From the NCBI GenBank assembly GCA_023254095.1, contig JALNLM010000025.1, positions 1 to 12,297 on the forward strand: a DNA stretch of 12,297 nt, given 5' to 3'. This document shows, piece after piece, positions 1-7,333 of this stretch. A program made the position numbers and the translations under genes. Below the pieces are notes generated by a model. That model did no database searches. It had not been told where the DNA came from and saw nothing but the letters and a program-made list of their open reading frames with translations. Numbering within the stretch: the stretch's first letter is position 1; every line of letters begins with the position of its first letter. This stretch comes from Candidatus Geocrenenecus huangii. Its GTDB lineage: Archaea > Thermoproteota > Nitrososphaeria_A > Caldarchaeales > Wolframiiraptoraceae.

Positions 1-72
1 TGGACCGGGCGGGACTTGAACCCGCGACCTCCCGCGTGCAAGGCGGGCGATCTCCCACTGATCTACCGGCCC
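1..72 (-). tRNA. tRNA-Ala (anticodon UGC)
   Basis: The reverse complement GGGCCGGTAGATCAGTGGGAGATCGCCCGCCTTGCACGCGGGAGGTCGCGGGTTCAAGTCCCGCCCGGTCCA folds as a cloverleaf. Anticodon arm CCCGC-CT-TGC-AC-GCGGG, T-loop GTTCAAGTC, G3:U70 Ala identity pair, discriminator A at position 1. CCA cannot be assessed at the window edge. Confidence 0.97.
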
Positions 73-94
73 ATATTTTTATCATGTCTGCCAA

Positions 95-102
95 AATATA
101 AA
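95..102 (-). promoter_or_regulatory. Putative TATA box of tRNA-Ala
   Basis: TTTATATT on the minus strand, 23-30 nt upstream of the mature tRNA 5' end, which is typical archaeal spacing. Confidence 0.5.
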
Positions 103-417
103 TTTAGAAATGTATCGAGCAGAAAAGTAATAAGAGTAACGAGATGAAGATGCTGTTGGCTTACGACTGTAGTTCTTTGAGATATAGGGGCTGTTTAACC
201 TATCAATATTCTTATTATCGTATTCTTGAAGTCTTCTAATATTTTCTATCAATCTGCGATTTATGATTCTACCCATATTTTTATCGCTCAATCGAAATTT
301 GGAGTGAAGTCTTCTAAAAAGCAGTGAATATCTCGATCTTAATCGATTATTTTCTGAAGAAGTATGAATACCGTCTAAGCATTTCAAAAGATTGTATAAT
401 ATGACTGTTCTCTAGTA

Positions 418-1163
418 AAATATTTAACGTCGTGGAATATTCTTATGCATATTTGTCGGAGTTGCAATAGGATACTTCTATCCAAGCGTATCAAATATAT
501 TTGAGAAATTGAGTATTGGGACTACCTCCATCATTATTGCAGCGGGTTAATATTAATGATGCATCCTCCACTATCTAAAGTAAATATGAAGAGGTGGGGA
601 AGATATTCTCCAACCTAAAACTACTATTCTTTTCCTTGATCCAGAACCGGGTTGTCGGACGCGTAGTTTTTGTCGGACGCGCACTCTTCATAAGCATAGG
701 GTTGAGCTTAGCAGGTGGTTACAGGAACTGAGACGAGTATTTCTATGATAGATGCAGCTATGAAGGTTTTCACATACTTGGCCCTACTCTTCACAATAAT
801 CGTTATGTTCTCATTCAAGGGAGAATACATCGACCAACTCCCATTCCACGTACTGTTAATAGCTGTACCTCTGACTCTCTACTTTTTCATAACGTGGTTT
901 TCAACATTCTTCATAGCATATGGGCTTAAAGCAGAATACCAGAAAGCTACAGCAGTATCATTTACGGCTGCAAGTAACGATTTCGAGTTAGCGATAACTG
1001 TAGCCATGGCCATCCGGAGTGTTACTAACGACCAGGCATAGGACCATTACTAGAGGTCCCGATACTGAACAGCCTAGTTAACGTCTCACAATACTCTAGG
1101 AAGAAACTCTATGGAAAAGTAGTACCAGAAGTAAGAGAAACCAAGATCCATACAGATTTCTGA
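418..1163 (+). pseudogene. acr3: Acr3-family arsenite efflux transporter pseudogene (multiple frameshifts and internal deletions)
   Basis: Fragments in changing frames read KYLTSW / IFLCIFVGVAIGYFYP...IAAG / LILMMHPPLSKV / YEEVGKIF...SLIQNRVVG. ORF 715-1041 then gives ALLFTIIVMFSFKG...PLTLYF...FTAASNDFELAITVA, and another frame gives IGPLLEVPILNSLVNV to TGA at 1161-1163. These match Acr3 motifs (MMYPP, QNWVIGP, SNNFELAIAVA, GPLxEVP). The central ARCIAMV region is absent. Confidence 0.9.
652..681 (+). repeat. 12-bp direct repeat TTGTCGGACGCG (652-663, 670-681)
   Basis: Exact duplicate separated by TAGTTT, located where the Acr3 homology jumps over a large missing segment. Confidence 0.85.
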
Positions 1164-1197
1164 AGCTGAGGAGCTGAATATTTTTCTTTATTCATGT

Positions 1198-1371
1198 TTA
1201 ATGAAGTAGCTTCTTCGGCTTGAGCCAGTTGTATTTTCTCCATTTAGGGTCAGGGTACCCGCAGTAGCTACATCTCTTCTTACTTAGGTTGTATGAGTGG
1301 TGTCCACATCTTCTACATCTTACATGTACCACCTTATTCCGTTTCCCCATAGAAGGTGTACCTTTAGTCAT
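1198..1371 (-). CDS. rpl37e: 50S ribosomal protein L37e (57 aa; below the ORF-track cutoff)
   Basis: Manual translation MTKGTPSMGKRNKVVHVRCRRCGHHSYNLSKKRCSYCGYPDPKWRKYNWLKPKKLLH*. It has the L37e N-terminus and a CxxC...CxxC zinc finger, with a GGTG SD-like site upstream. The Sm-rpl37e linkage is conserved in archaea. Confidence 0.97.
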   Translation of the reverse strand: MTKGTPSMGKRNKVVHVRCRRCGHHSYNLSKKRCSYCGYPDPKWRKYNWLKPKKLLH

Positions 1372-1374
1372 CCT

Positions 1375-1428
1375 TCACACCATCTTTCCTGTAAGGAAGT
1401 CTCGGAGTCTTGATTTTAACTTTTCCAT
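1375..1428 (-). CDS. Candidate 17-aa small protein MEKLKSRLRDFLTGKMV between Sm and rpl37e
   Basis: ATG is preceded by AAGGAG (1437-1442) at 8-nt spacing, and the stop lies 3 nt before the rpl37e ATG. No homology recognised. Confidence 0.3.
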   Translation of the reverse strand: MEKLKSRLRDFLTGKMV

Positions 1429-1489
1429 CTATTAGTCTCCTTTCAGCAGCCCAATGTTTAAATGATGATCTACTGAGTGCTTTTAATGT

Positions 1490-1732
1490 TCATTTCTTCT
1501 CTTTAACTGTTGGTGAGACCATTATTATGTTGTCTCCGCGTACGACTATCGTCCCCAACTGTTTCGAGGAGCTGTTTTCATCGTTGAGTTCCTCTGCCTG
1601 CTCCAATATAAGATTCATGTGCTGGTCGTATCCTTGCAGAATTCCTCTAAGGATCTTCCCATTCCTTAATCTAACCAGTACTTTACCTCCGAGACTTTCA
1701 GAAAGAACTCTTAGAGAGATATCTGAAGACAA
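1490..1732 (-). CDS. Sm-like archaeal protein (LSm/SmAP1-type)
   Basis: Sm1 motif VLVRLRNGKILRGILQGYDQHMNLIL and Sm2 motif LGTIVVRGDNIIMVSP. TTG start with a GGTGA SD upstream, and located upstream of rpl37e. Confidence 0.96.
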   Translation of the reverse strand: MSSDISLRVLSESLGGKVLVRLRNGKILRGILQGYDQHMNLILEQAEELNDENSSSKQLGTIVVRGDNIIMVSPTVKEKK

Positions 1733-2083
1733 AGGACTTCACCACTTCTCTATCCTATAGATTTTATGGTTTATATTAAAGTTTCTTCTAGAATTAGTTT
1801 AGCCCATCTACATCTGCATCATATTCAATAATTTCTGTCCATACGTCTAAGTCATTGCACGAATTGACCTAGAGTATTCACCAATGGATTTGAAATTTTA
1901 ACCTAGACGTAAATGTATTAGAGTATGATGGTGGGACATACATTAAGAAAAATTCTAAAGATTTGATGGATGATGTAGGTGACGCGTATATATGTCCAGA
2001 ATACTTAGAGACATATTCACATATTCTAGGCAGTGAAACTTGAAAGATAGATTTTTCTTATAGACCTCTCTAGATGATTCAGA

Positions 2084-2434
2084 ATGATTAGTGAGAGAGA
2101 AGCTAACATATTTGAAGAGATTGAAGAAGAAGTAATGAAGATTGTCAAGATGGCTGAAGAAGTTGGAGAGAAGGCTTCAGCGAAGACGTCTAACATATTT
2201 AAGGTGAGGTTTCTCCGGCTCTTGGGAGACCACTCAAAAATACTGGAATCTATAGGCAGAGGTGAACTCGTGATAGCTTCTCTAGAAGGATTGGAAGATG
2301 GAGTATTGAAGAATGCAGTTAAAGAAGTTAAAGAAGAAGTTTTAGACGAAGGTGGAAGCCTATACTTTATATCTAAACCTATAATCCTAGTCTTGCCTAA
2401 GAATGGAGTATTCGTAGACGAATCTAAGTCTTAA
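2084..2434 (+). CDS. SepF-like (DUF552) protein
   Basis: Acidic N-terminus followed by a pattern matching the archaeal SepF core: KILESIGRGELVIASL...AVKEVKEEVLDEGGSLYFISKPIILVLPKNGVFVD. Divergent, and recognised by eye only. Confidence 0.7.
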   Translation: MISEREANIFEEIEEEVMKIVKMAEEVGEKASAKTSNIFKVRFLRLLGDHSKILESIGRGELVIASLEGLEDGVLKNAVKEVKEEVLDEGGSLYFISKPIILVLPKNGVFVDESKS

Positions 2435-4346
2435 TCTCCAAGGTTATCGAATCTAGATTTCTAGGAGTATAGATTCTAGCGTTCGGCAAGATCTTGGAGA
2501 CATTCTTCGACAGATTCGATACTGCTTCAGGCTCACCATGTACTAGAACGACATTCCTCGGTTTTGGCCGTATAGATTTTACATATTTGAGGAGTTCTTG
2601 AAAACTTGAATGACCGGAGAATCCATCTATCTTCGTGATCTCCATCTTCACGTTTATCAGCTCTGGCTTACCATCTTCCCTCATCAATCTTATCTCTCTA
2701 ATGTCTTTCAGCAACCTTCTCCCAAGCGTACCCTCAACTTGGTAGCTGACGAACATGAGAAGGTTCTTCTCATCTCCAGCAAACTCTCTGAGATACGCTA
2801 GTACGGGTCCGCCTTCAAGCATTCCGGATGTAGCCATCACGATCATTGGATCAGGCATTTCTAGAACTTCTTCCCTCTGCTGCGGGCTCTTTACAGGTGT
2901 AAAGTATTCTGTTATAAAGACGTTCTTATTCTCAATTACTTGTTCAGTTATCTCTTGGTTCATGTAACGTGGAAACGCTACGTGTATGCCTGTGGCCTCT
3001 ATTACTAAGCCGTCTAGGAAGACTGGGACCTCGGGAATACTCTTAGACTCGAATAAATGATTGAGTATCAACATTATCTCTTGAGCTCTACCTACAGCTG
3101 GGACTGGTATAAGGATCTTGCCTCCACGTTCAATGGTCTTGGTAACGTATTCTGCGAGTACCTGCTCGCTTTGAGCACGATTGAAAGATACTTGGCTTGC
3201 GCCATATGTGCTCTCCATGATAAGTGTTTCGACTCTCGGGAACTTATTAGTGCATGCTTCGAGTGTTCTACTGTCTTCAAACTTGAAATCGCTTGTATAC
3301 ACTATGTTATGGAAGCCTTCTCCAACATGTATGTGGACGACCGCTGAACCTAGAATATGTCCTGCATTATAGAATGTTATCCTGATGTCGGGGGTTATGT
3401 TCGTTACTACGCCATAACCTAGCGGTACGGTATGCTGGATCGCAAGTCTTACATCAGTTTCACTATATGGTGGGAATAGGCCTTCTTTTTCTGCAACGTT
3501 TATGAAGTCGAGTTGCTGCATCAACATTAATGGTTGAGTAGGCTCTGTACAGTATACTGGTCCTCTATACCCGTACTTGAATAAGTAGGGAACCATCCCC
3601 ATATGGTCTAGATGGGCGTGAGTTACAATGACGGCGTCCAATTCTTCCAGTATATTTTCTACGGCATCAAGTCTCGGAATCATCTCTATGTTTGTTGAGC
3701 CACTTGGAGAATATCCGCAGTCAAGCAGTATCTTACTTTCTGTTGTTTGCAGTAGGATTGCCGACCTCCCAACCTGCTGGCCTGAGCCGAGTACTCTTAT
3801 CAGAGCCTCGTTCACTTCGAAGATCTGGTCTCTGAAAACTGTTTCACCGATATTTCTGAGGACCTGAAGCCTATACTGTGGGTCTCCATAAATTATCTTT
3901 TTTATCTTCTCGATGGTTTTAGTCTGCATGGGAGGCTGTCTTTCAACTCTAATAGTCCATAACACTAAGCTACTTAACTGTTTTATCTCATCCTCTGATG
4001 GTAGAGGTTTATCAGGGCTCAATTCTATGAGTACCTCTCCAAGCAATTCATTGAAGTTTATGATTACATCGTTTCCGAAAAGTTCTCGAACTTTCTCTTC
4101 TACTTCTTCTCTACCTAACCTTATTGATTCATCCGACCTTATCACAACTCTCTTTTTTATCAAGTTTACAAGATCTTTAGCTACTTGATCCTGATTTATG
4201 AACAATTCACGATTTTTCGTATAGATAGCTATCCTTGGCCCCTCAAAATTTATCCTAGTTATTTCTGCTTCCTGCGGATTTATGACAGAGAAGTATCTAG
4301 CAATCTCTTGTCTAAGCTTGTTTAACGTAAATAGTTGCTGGGCCAT
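2424..4346 (-). CDS. fttA: aCPSF1/FttA beta-CASP ribonuclease, transcription termination factor
   Basis: 640 aa. N-terminal KH region (FEGPRIAIYTKN, KKRVVIRSD), MBL motifs VGRS, LLDCG, HAHLDH, NAGHILGS, DFK and MESTYG, beta-CASP motifs GRAQE, SGMLEGG, FSGH and HGE. Lies directly downstream of psmB, a conserved archaeal linkage. Confidence 0.97.
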   Translation of the reverse strand: MAQQLFTLNKLRQEIARYFSVINPQEAEITRINFEGPRIAIYTKNRELFINQDQVAKDLVNLIKKRVVIRSDESIRLGREEVEEKVRELFGNDVIINFNELLGEVLIELSPDKPLPSEDEIKQLSSLVLWTIRVERQPPMQTKTIEKIKKIIYGDPQYRLQVLRNIGETVFRDQIFEVNEALIRVLGSGQQVGRSAILLQTTESKILLDCGYSPSGSTNIEMIPRLDAVENILEELDAVIVTHAHLDHMGMVPYLFKYGYRGPVYCTEPTQPLMLMQQLDFINVAEKEGLFPPYSETDVRLAIQHTVPLGYGVVTNITPDIRITFYNAGHILGSAVVHIHVGEGFHNIVYTSDFKFEDSRTLEACTNKFPRVETLIMESTYGASQVSFNRAQSEQVLAEYVTKTIERGGKILIPVPAVGRAQEIMLILNHLFESKSIPEVPVFLDGLVIEATGIHVAFPRYMNQEITEQVIENKNVFITEYFTPVKSPQQREEVLEMPDPMIVMATSGMLEGGPVLAYLREFAGDEKNLLMFVSYQVEGTLGRRLLKDIREIRLMREDGKPELINVKMEITKIDGFSGHSSFQELLKYVKSIRPKPRNVVLVHGEPEAVSNLSKNVSKILPNARIYTPRNLDSITLEIKT

Positions 4347-4359
4347 GACCGTAATTTAC

Positions 4360-5022
4360 CTAATACACCTGCCTGATGAATTGAGAGTACAGAGGCCTCT
4401 TATCCTCTATACTTAGTTCTACGTATTTTCCTCCGACCTTAATGTATGCTACGTCTATACTATCTCCCGAGCCGATATCTCTCTGTATAGCAGCGGCTAC
4501 TGCTTTGAAAGCTAACCGAGCTGCATCTTCCACAGACATATCATGACTATACTCGCTCTCAAGTATTCCATAAGCAACAGGAGAGCCTGAACCTGTAGAG
4601 ATTATAGTCTCCTCAGTCATGGACCCCGTCAAATCTATATTAAACATGTGTGGACCAGTATTGTCTACACCTGCGATAATTAACTGTGCAATGTATGGGA
4701 AATATCGATAGTTGAACATAAAGTTTGATGCTAGCCTAGCTATAGATATGATATCCATCGGGAGCCCCCTCGATATATAATAGTATCTTATGTTTGCTTT
4801 AAGCAAGTCTATGATTGTTTGGGCATCCGCCACTCTCCCTGCGATAGTTATAGCTGCATAATCGGAGAGTGGAAACAACTTCTTTCCTTTTCTATGAGCT
4901 ACGAAGAATCCTGCAGTAACTCTAGTGTCAGTACCTAATACAACGCCGTCTCTAACTACTAGGCCTACCGTAGTGGTACCAGTCTTAAGGGTCTTTGATA
5001 CATCCATATTCGGGAAAAACAT
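4360..5022 (-). CDS. psmB: 20S proteasome beta subunit
   Basis: 15-aa propeptide ending KTG, then mature TTTVGL with Thr1, Asp17 and Lys33 in register, plus GSGS and RDIGSG. AGGTG SD upstream of the ATG at 5022. Confidence 0.97.
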   Translation of the reverse strand: MFFPNMDVSKTLKTGTTTVGLVVRDGVVLGTDTRVTAGFFVAHRKGKKLFPLSDYAAITIAGRVADAQTIIDLLKANIRYYYISRGLPMDIISIARLASNFMFNYRYFPYIAQLIIAGVDNTGPHMFNIDLTGSMTEETIISTGSGSPVAYGILESEYSHDMSVEDAARLAFKAVAAAIQRDIGSGDSIDVAYIKVGGKYVELSIEDKRPLYSQFIRQVY

Positions 5023-5044
5023 ATTCTTTACACCTTTTAAGAGC

Positions 5045-5086
5045 TAGGAGGGTCTAATGGACTTGAACTAGTCTTCGATCCTCCTA
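5045..5086. promoter_or_regulatory. Imperfect inverted repeat/hairpin in the psmB-FKBP divergent intergenic region
   Basis: TAGGAGGGTC (5045-5054) pairs with GATCCTCCTA (5077-5086) with one G-U, and there is an inner GGACT/AGTCT stem. Function unknown. Confidence 0.5.
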
Positions 5087-5261
5087 ATCATAGATTAGAT
5101 TACTGTCATAAAAATGTTTACTTACAAATAACTTATCGAGTATATTAGGAGAGATGCCCCCGGAGTCTATAGGAATCTCTGGACCCCTCATGTATATTCC
5201 TCTCATAATATAAGAGAATAGTTAATAAGCAATTATGTAATTGGCAAGGATGAAGTAGGCC

Positions 5262-6122
5262 ATGTCTGATGAAGTAACTGAGGGGGGAAAATCCTCTACA
5301 GTCAGTAAAAAAGGGAGGAGGAGCAGAAGTAAGACAAAACTCGAAGAAGTTGAACAGAGGCAAGCTGAGGAACCCAAGCCTGCAGAAGCTCAGCAAGTTG
5401 AAGAAGTGAAGAAAGAAGAAGTGAAGCTTCCCACGAAAGTTAGGAGAGGCGATTTCGTATTAATGGATTATACCATAAGAGTCAAAGAGACGGGAGAGGT
5501 CGTAGATACAACAATAGAAGAAATCGGGAAGAATTACTTTGAGGCTGGAAGAATATATGAACCTAAACTAGTTATCCCTGGGAAAGGCTTACTCTTAAAA
5601 GCTATCGAGGATGAATTGATAGACCTAGAACCCAATCAAGATAAAACATTCGAGATCCCACCAGAGAAGGCATTCGGTCCTAGGGACCCGAATAAGGTGA
5701 AGGTAATCCCTATTAGGAGATTGAAAGATGTAGAAGGACCGATAACTGTAGGTTCCAAGATAACGATTGATGGTAGGGAAGGCGTAGTCAGAAGTATCGG
5801 CTCTGGAAGAATACAGGTCGACTTCAACCCATACTTGGCTGGTAAGCATCTTGAATGCTGGGTGAAGATAGTGAAGGTCATCGAAGAAAAAATGGAGAAG
5901 ATCAGGTCATTGATCCATATGAGGATCCCGGATGTAAGTATCGATAAATTCGAGGTACTTCAAGATGGAGTAGAAGTAAGGATAACTATACCTAAAGAAG
6001 CATACCTGCTTCCAGCCTTACAGGTTTCGAAGAGAGTATTAGCGAAAGACATAATAGACCACATCGAAGGAGTCGAGAAGATAGTATACCTAGAAAACTA
6101 TGATAGGCAGATGTTTCAGTAG
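5262..6122 (+). CDS. Archaeal long-type FKBP peptidyl-prolyl cis-trans isomerase (SlyD-like) with N-terminal extension
   Basis: GDFVLMDYT, GEVVDTT, IPPEKAFGPRDP, the IF-domain segment, DFNPYLAGK, and a C-terminal archaeal FKBP26-type domain. Confidence 0.93.
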   Translation: MSDEVTEGGKSSTVSKKGRRSRSKTKLEEVEQRQAEEPKPAEAQQVEEVKKEEVKLPTKVRRGDFVLMDYTIRVKETGEVVDTTIEEIGKNYFEAGRIYEPKLVIPGKGLLLKAIEDELIDLEPNQDKTFEIPPEKAFGPRDPNKVKVIPIRRLKDVEGPITVGSKITIDGREGVVRSIGSGRIQVDFNPYLAGKHLECWVKIVKVIEEKMEKIRSLIHMRIPDVSIDKFEVLQDGVEVRITIPKEAYLLPALQVSKRVLAKDIIDHIEGVEKIVYLENYDRQMFQ

Positions 6123-6769
6123 AGGGTAGCGAGCTGGACTTCTACATCTTCTCCAAGCTCGATTATCGAGCAGTAACCATTCTTAGCTGACCCTGAATTT
6201 ACAATTACCGTGTTATTTATCTTAGCTATACCTCTTCCTTCATGAGCATGCCCGCATACCATCAGCCTTGGTTGATAGATTTCCACATACCTTCTAACAG
6301 CCATGCTCCCGATATGTTTGACGCCAGTGTAATCTACCTCGATACCATTAGGTGGAGAATGGCTGACGAAAACGAAACCACGTTTTCTCGGAACAATCTT
6401 CTTCAGCATTTCTTCGACTTCTTCTTCCGAGAACTCTATCAAGGTACCATACTTGCCTACTGCTCCACCTAAACCTGTAAACTCTAACCCGTAAAAATCT
6501 ACAGACTTCAAGTGGAGATTCTTTACATAATTATTTGGTGGAGCCCATTCTAGTAGTGGTCTTGGATCGCAGTTTCCTGGAACAAAGAATAGGTGTTTAC
6601 CGTATTCATAGATCCTTTCTAGTATTGTCTCAGCATCTTCTATTTCGCCGAAATGTGTTATGTCCCCTGTCACGATCACTAGACTAGCGTTTATTTCTCT
6701 TGCCTTCTCAGCCGTCTTTTCCGCTGCACCTATATTCCCGTGAATATCGCTAACATGTAGAATCCTCAT
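6116..6769 (-). CDS. Calcineurin-like metallophosphoesterase (Icc-related)
   Basis: Motifs SDIH, GD, GNCD, SHSPP and GHAHE. The start is set at the ATG at 6769 (MRILHVSD); 6781 is an alternative. The ORF-track start at 6814 is probably too long. Confidence 0.9.
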   Translation of the reverse strand: MRILHVSDIHGNIGAAEKTAEKAREINASLVIVTGDITHFGEIEDAETILERIYEYGKHLFFVPGNCDPRPLLEWAPPNNYVKNLHLKSVDFYGLEFTGLGGAVGKYGTLIEFSEEEVEEMLKKIVPRKRGFVFVSHSPPNGIEVDYTGVKHIGSMAVRRYVEIYQPRLMVCGHAHEGRGIAKINNTVIVNSGSAKNGYCSIIELGEDVEVQLATLY

Positions 6770-6862
6770 TCCAGACAACATAAACATATATAGAAACCTA
6801 AAAACCTTAATCATCTAGACAGAAACCGTTATATCGAGAAAACATATCAGGGATAAATGAAT

Positions 6863-6967
6863 GCGGGGGTACCCGAGTCAGGTCAATGCTGGTCAGAAGC
6901 GGCTAGAGGGGGCAGGCTTAAGACCTGCTGGCGTAGGCCTTCGTGGGTTCGAATCCCACCCCCCGCA
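6863..6967 (+). tRNA. tRNA-Leu (anticodon UAA) with a 20-nt intron in the D-loop (21/22)
   Basis: Acceptor GCGGGGG/CCCCCGC+A, anticodon arm GCAGG-CT-TAA-GA-CCTGC, long variable arm GGC-GTAG-GCC, T-arm GTGGG-TTCGAAT-CCCAC. Removing 6887-6906 restores the canonical GGTCAAAGGGG D region. CCA is not encoded. Confidence 0.95.
6887..6906 (+). other. Non-canonical tRNA intron TGCTGGTCAGAAGCGGCTAG with relaxed bulge-helix-bulge
   Basis: Central helix GGTC (6881-84)/GGCT (6901-04), bulges AA^T and AG^A cut after the second nucleotide, and an intron stem GCT/AGC. Confidence 0.88.
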
Positions 6968-7026
6968 AACCTATTTAGGCTCAAATCAATATAGTATTGA
7001 GTCTAGGATGTTTTGGGTTGGATGAG

Positions 7027-7325
7027 TTAAGGTCTCTTCAAGGAAGTGGTGGTGTCCTCCAGAACTTCTCTTCGATCACCTAAAACAATTCCAAGCAAGG
7101 CTTTTTCATCTACCATTTTGCTCATCACCTTCAACTAGCGTTGCCATCACTTTCGTCTGATACCGTGCAAGAGAGGAGCGGAAGTCGGTTAGCAATCGCA
7201 GTATCCGCTCCATCATTTCTAATGTTTCATATGCTTGATTCATCTTCGAGTGGTGTTTTTTTACCTTTTTCCAAAGCCCTCCAGACTCCTACATCCATGT
7301 TCACCCTCGTGCAAATTTTTTCCAC
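7027..7325 (-). pseudogene. Degraded small-gene operon of probable mobile-element origin (RHH-like first gene)
   Basis: GTG at 7325 with GAGGCGA upstream gives MEKICTRVNMDVGVWRALEK. A +1 shift in the A-runs at 7256-7270 continues VKKHHSKMNQAYETLEMMERILRLL...EGDEQNGR* (stop 7106-7108). This overlaps a GGTGA SD and an ATG (7116) of a 29-aa ORF ending at 7027. Confidence 0.4.
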
Positions 7326-7333
7326 GGTGTCGC

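Noticed and set aside
227-317. 13-bp direct repeat TGAAGTCTTCTAA (227-239, 305-317) as a degenerate CRISPR
   Set aside because: Only two short copies, no third unit at regular spacing, and no cas genes in the window.
82-387. 101-aa minus-strand ORF upstream of tRNA-Ala
   Set aside because: The R/S/N-rich composition has no recognisable motif, and the ORF runs through the tRNA promoter. Probably spurious.
1462-1476. ATGATGA...CTGA as a C/D box sRNA
   Set aside because: The boxes are only 4 nt apart, with no guide regions or terminal stem.
5059-5068. GGACTTGAAC, complementary to the tRNA T-loop, as a C/D guide or tRNA fragment
   Set aside because: There is no C box or correctly placed CUGA D box, and no T-stem pairing on the other strand. 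A 10-nt match can be chance.
1410-6472. ORF-track entries antisense to or nested in core genes (1410-1760, those within 2610-4188, 5145-5396, 5625-5881, 6242-6472)
   Set aside because: These are shadow ORFs of well-supported genes and show no motifs.
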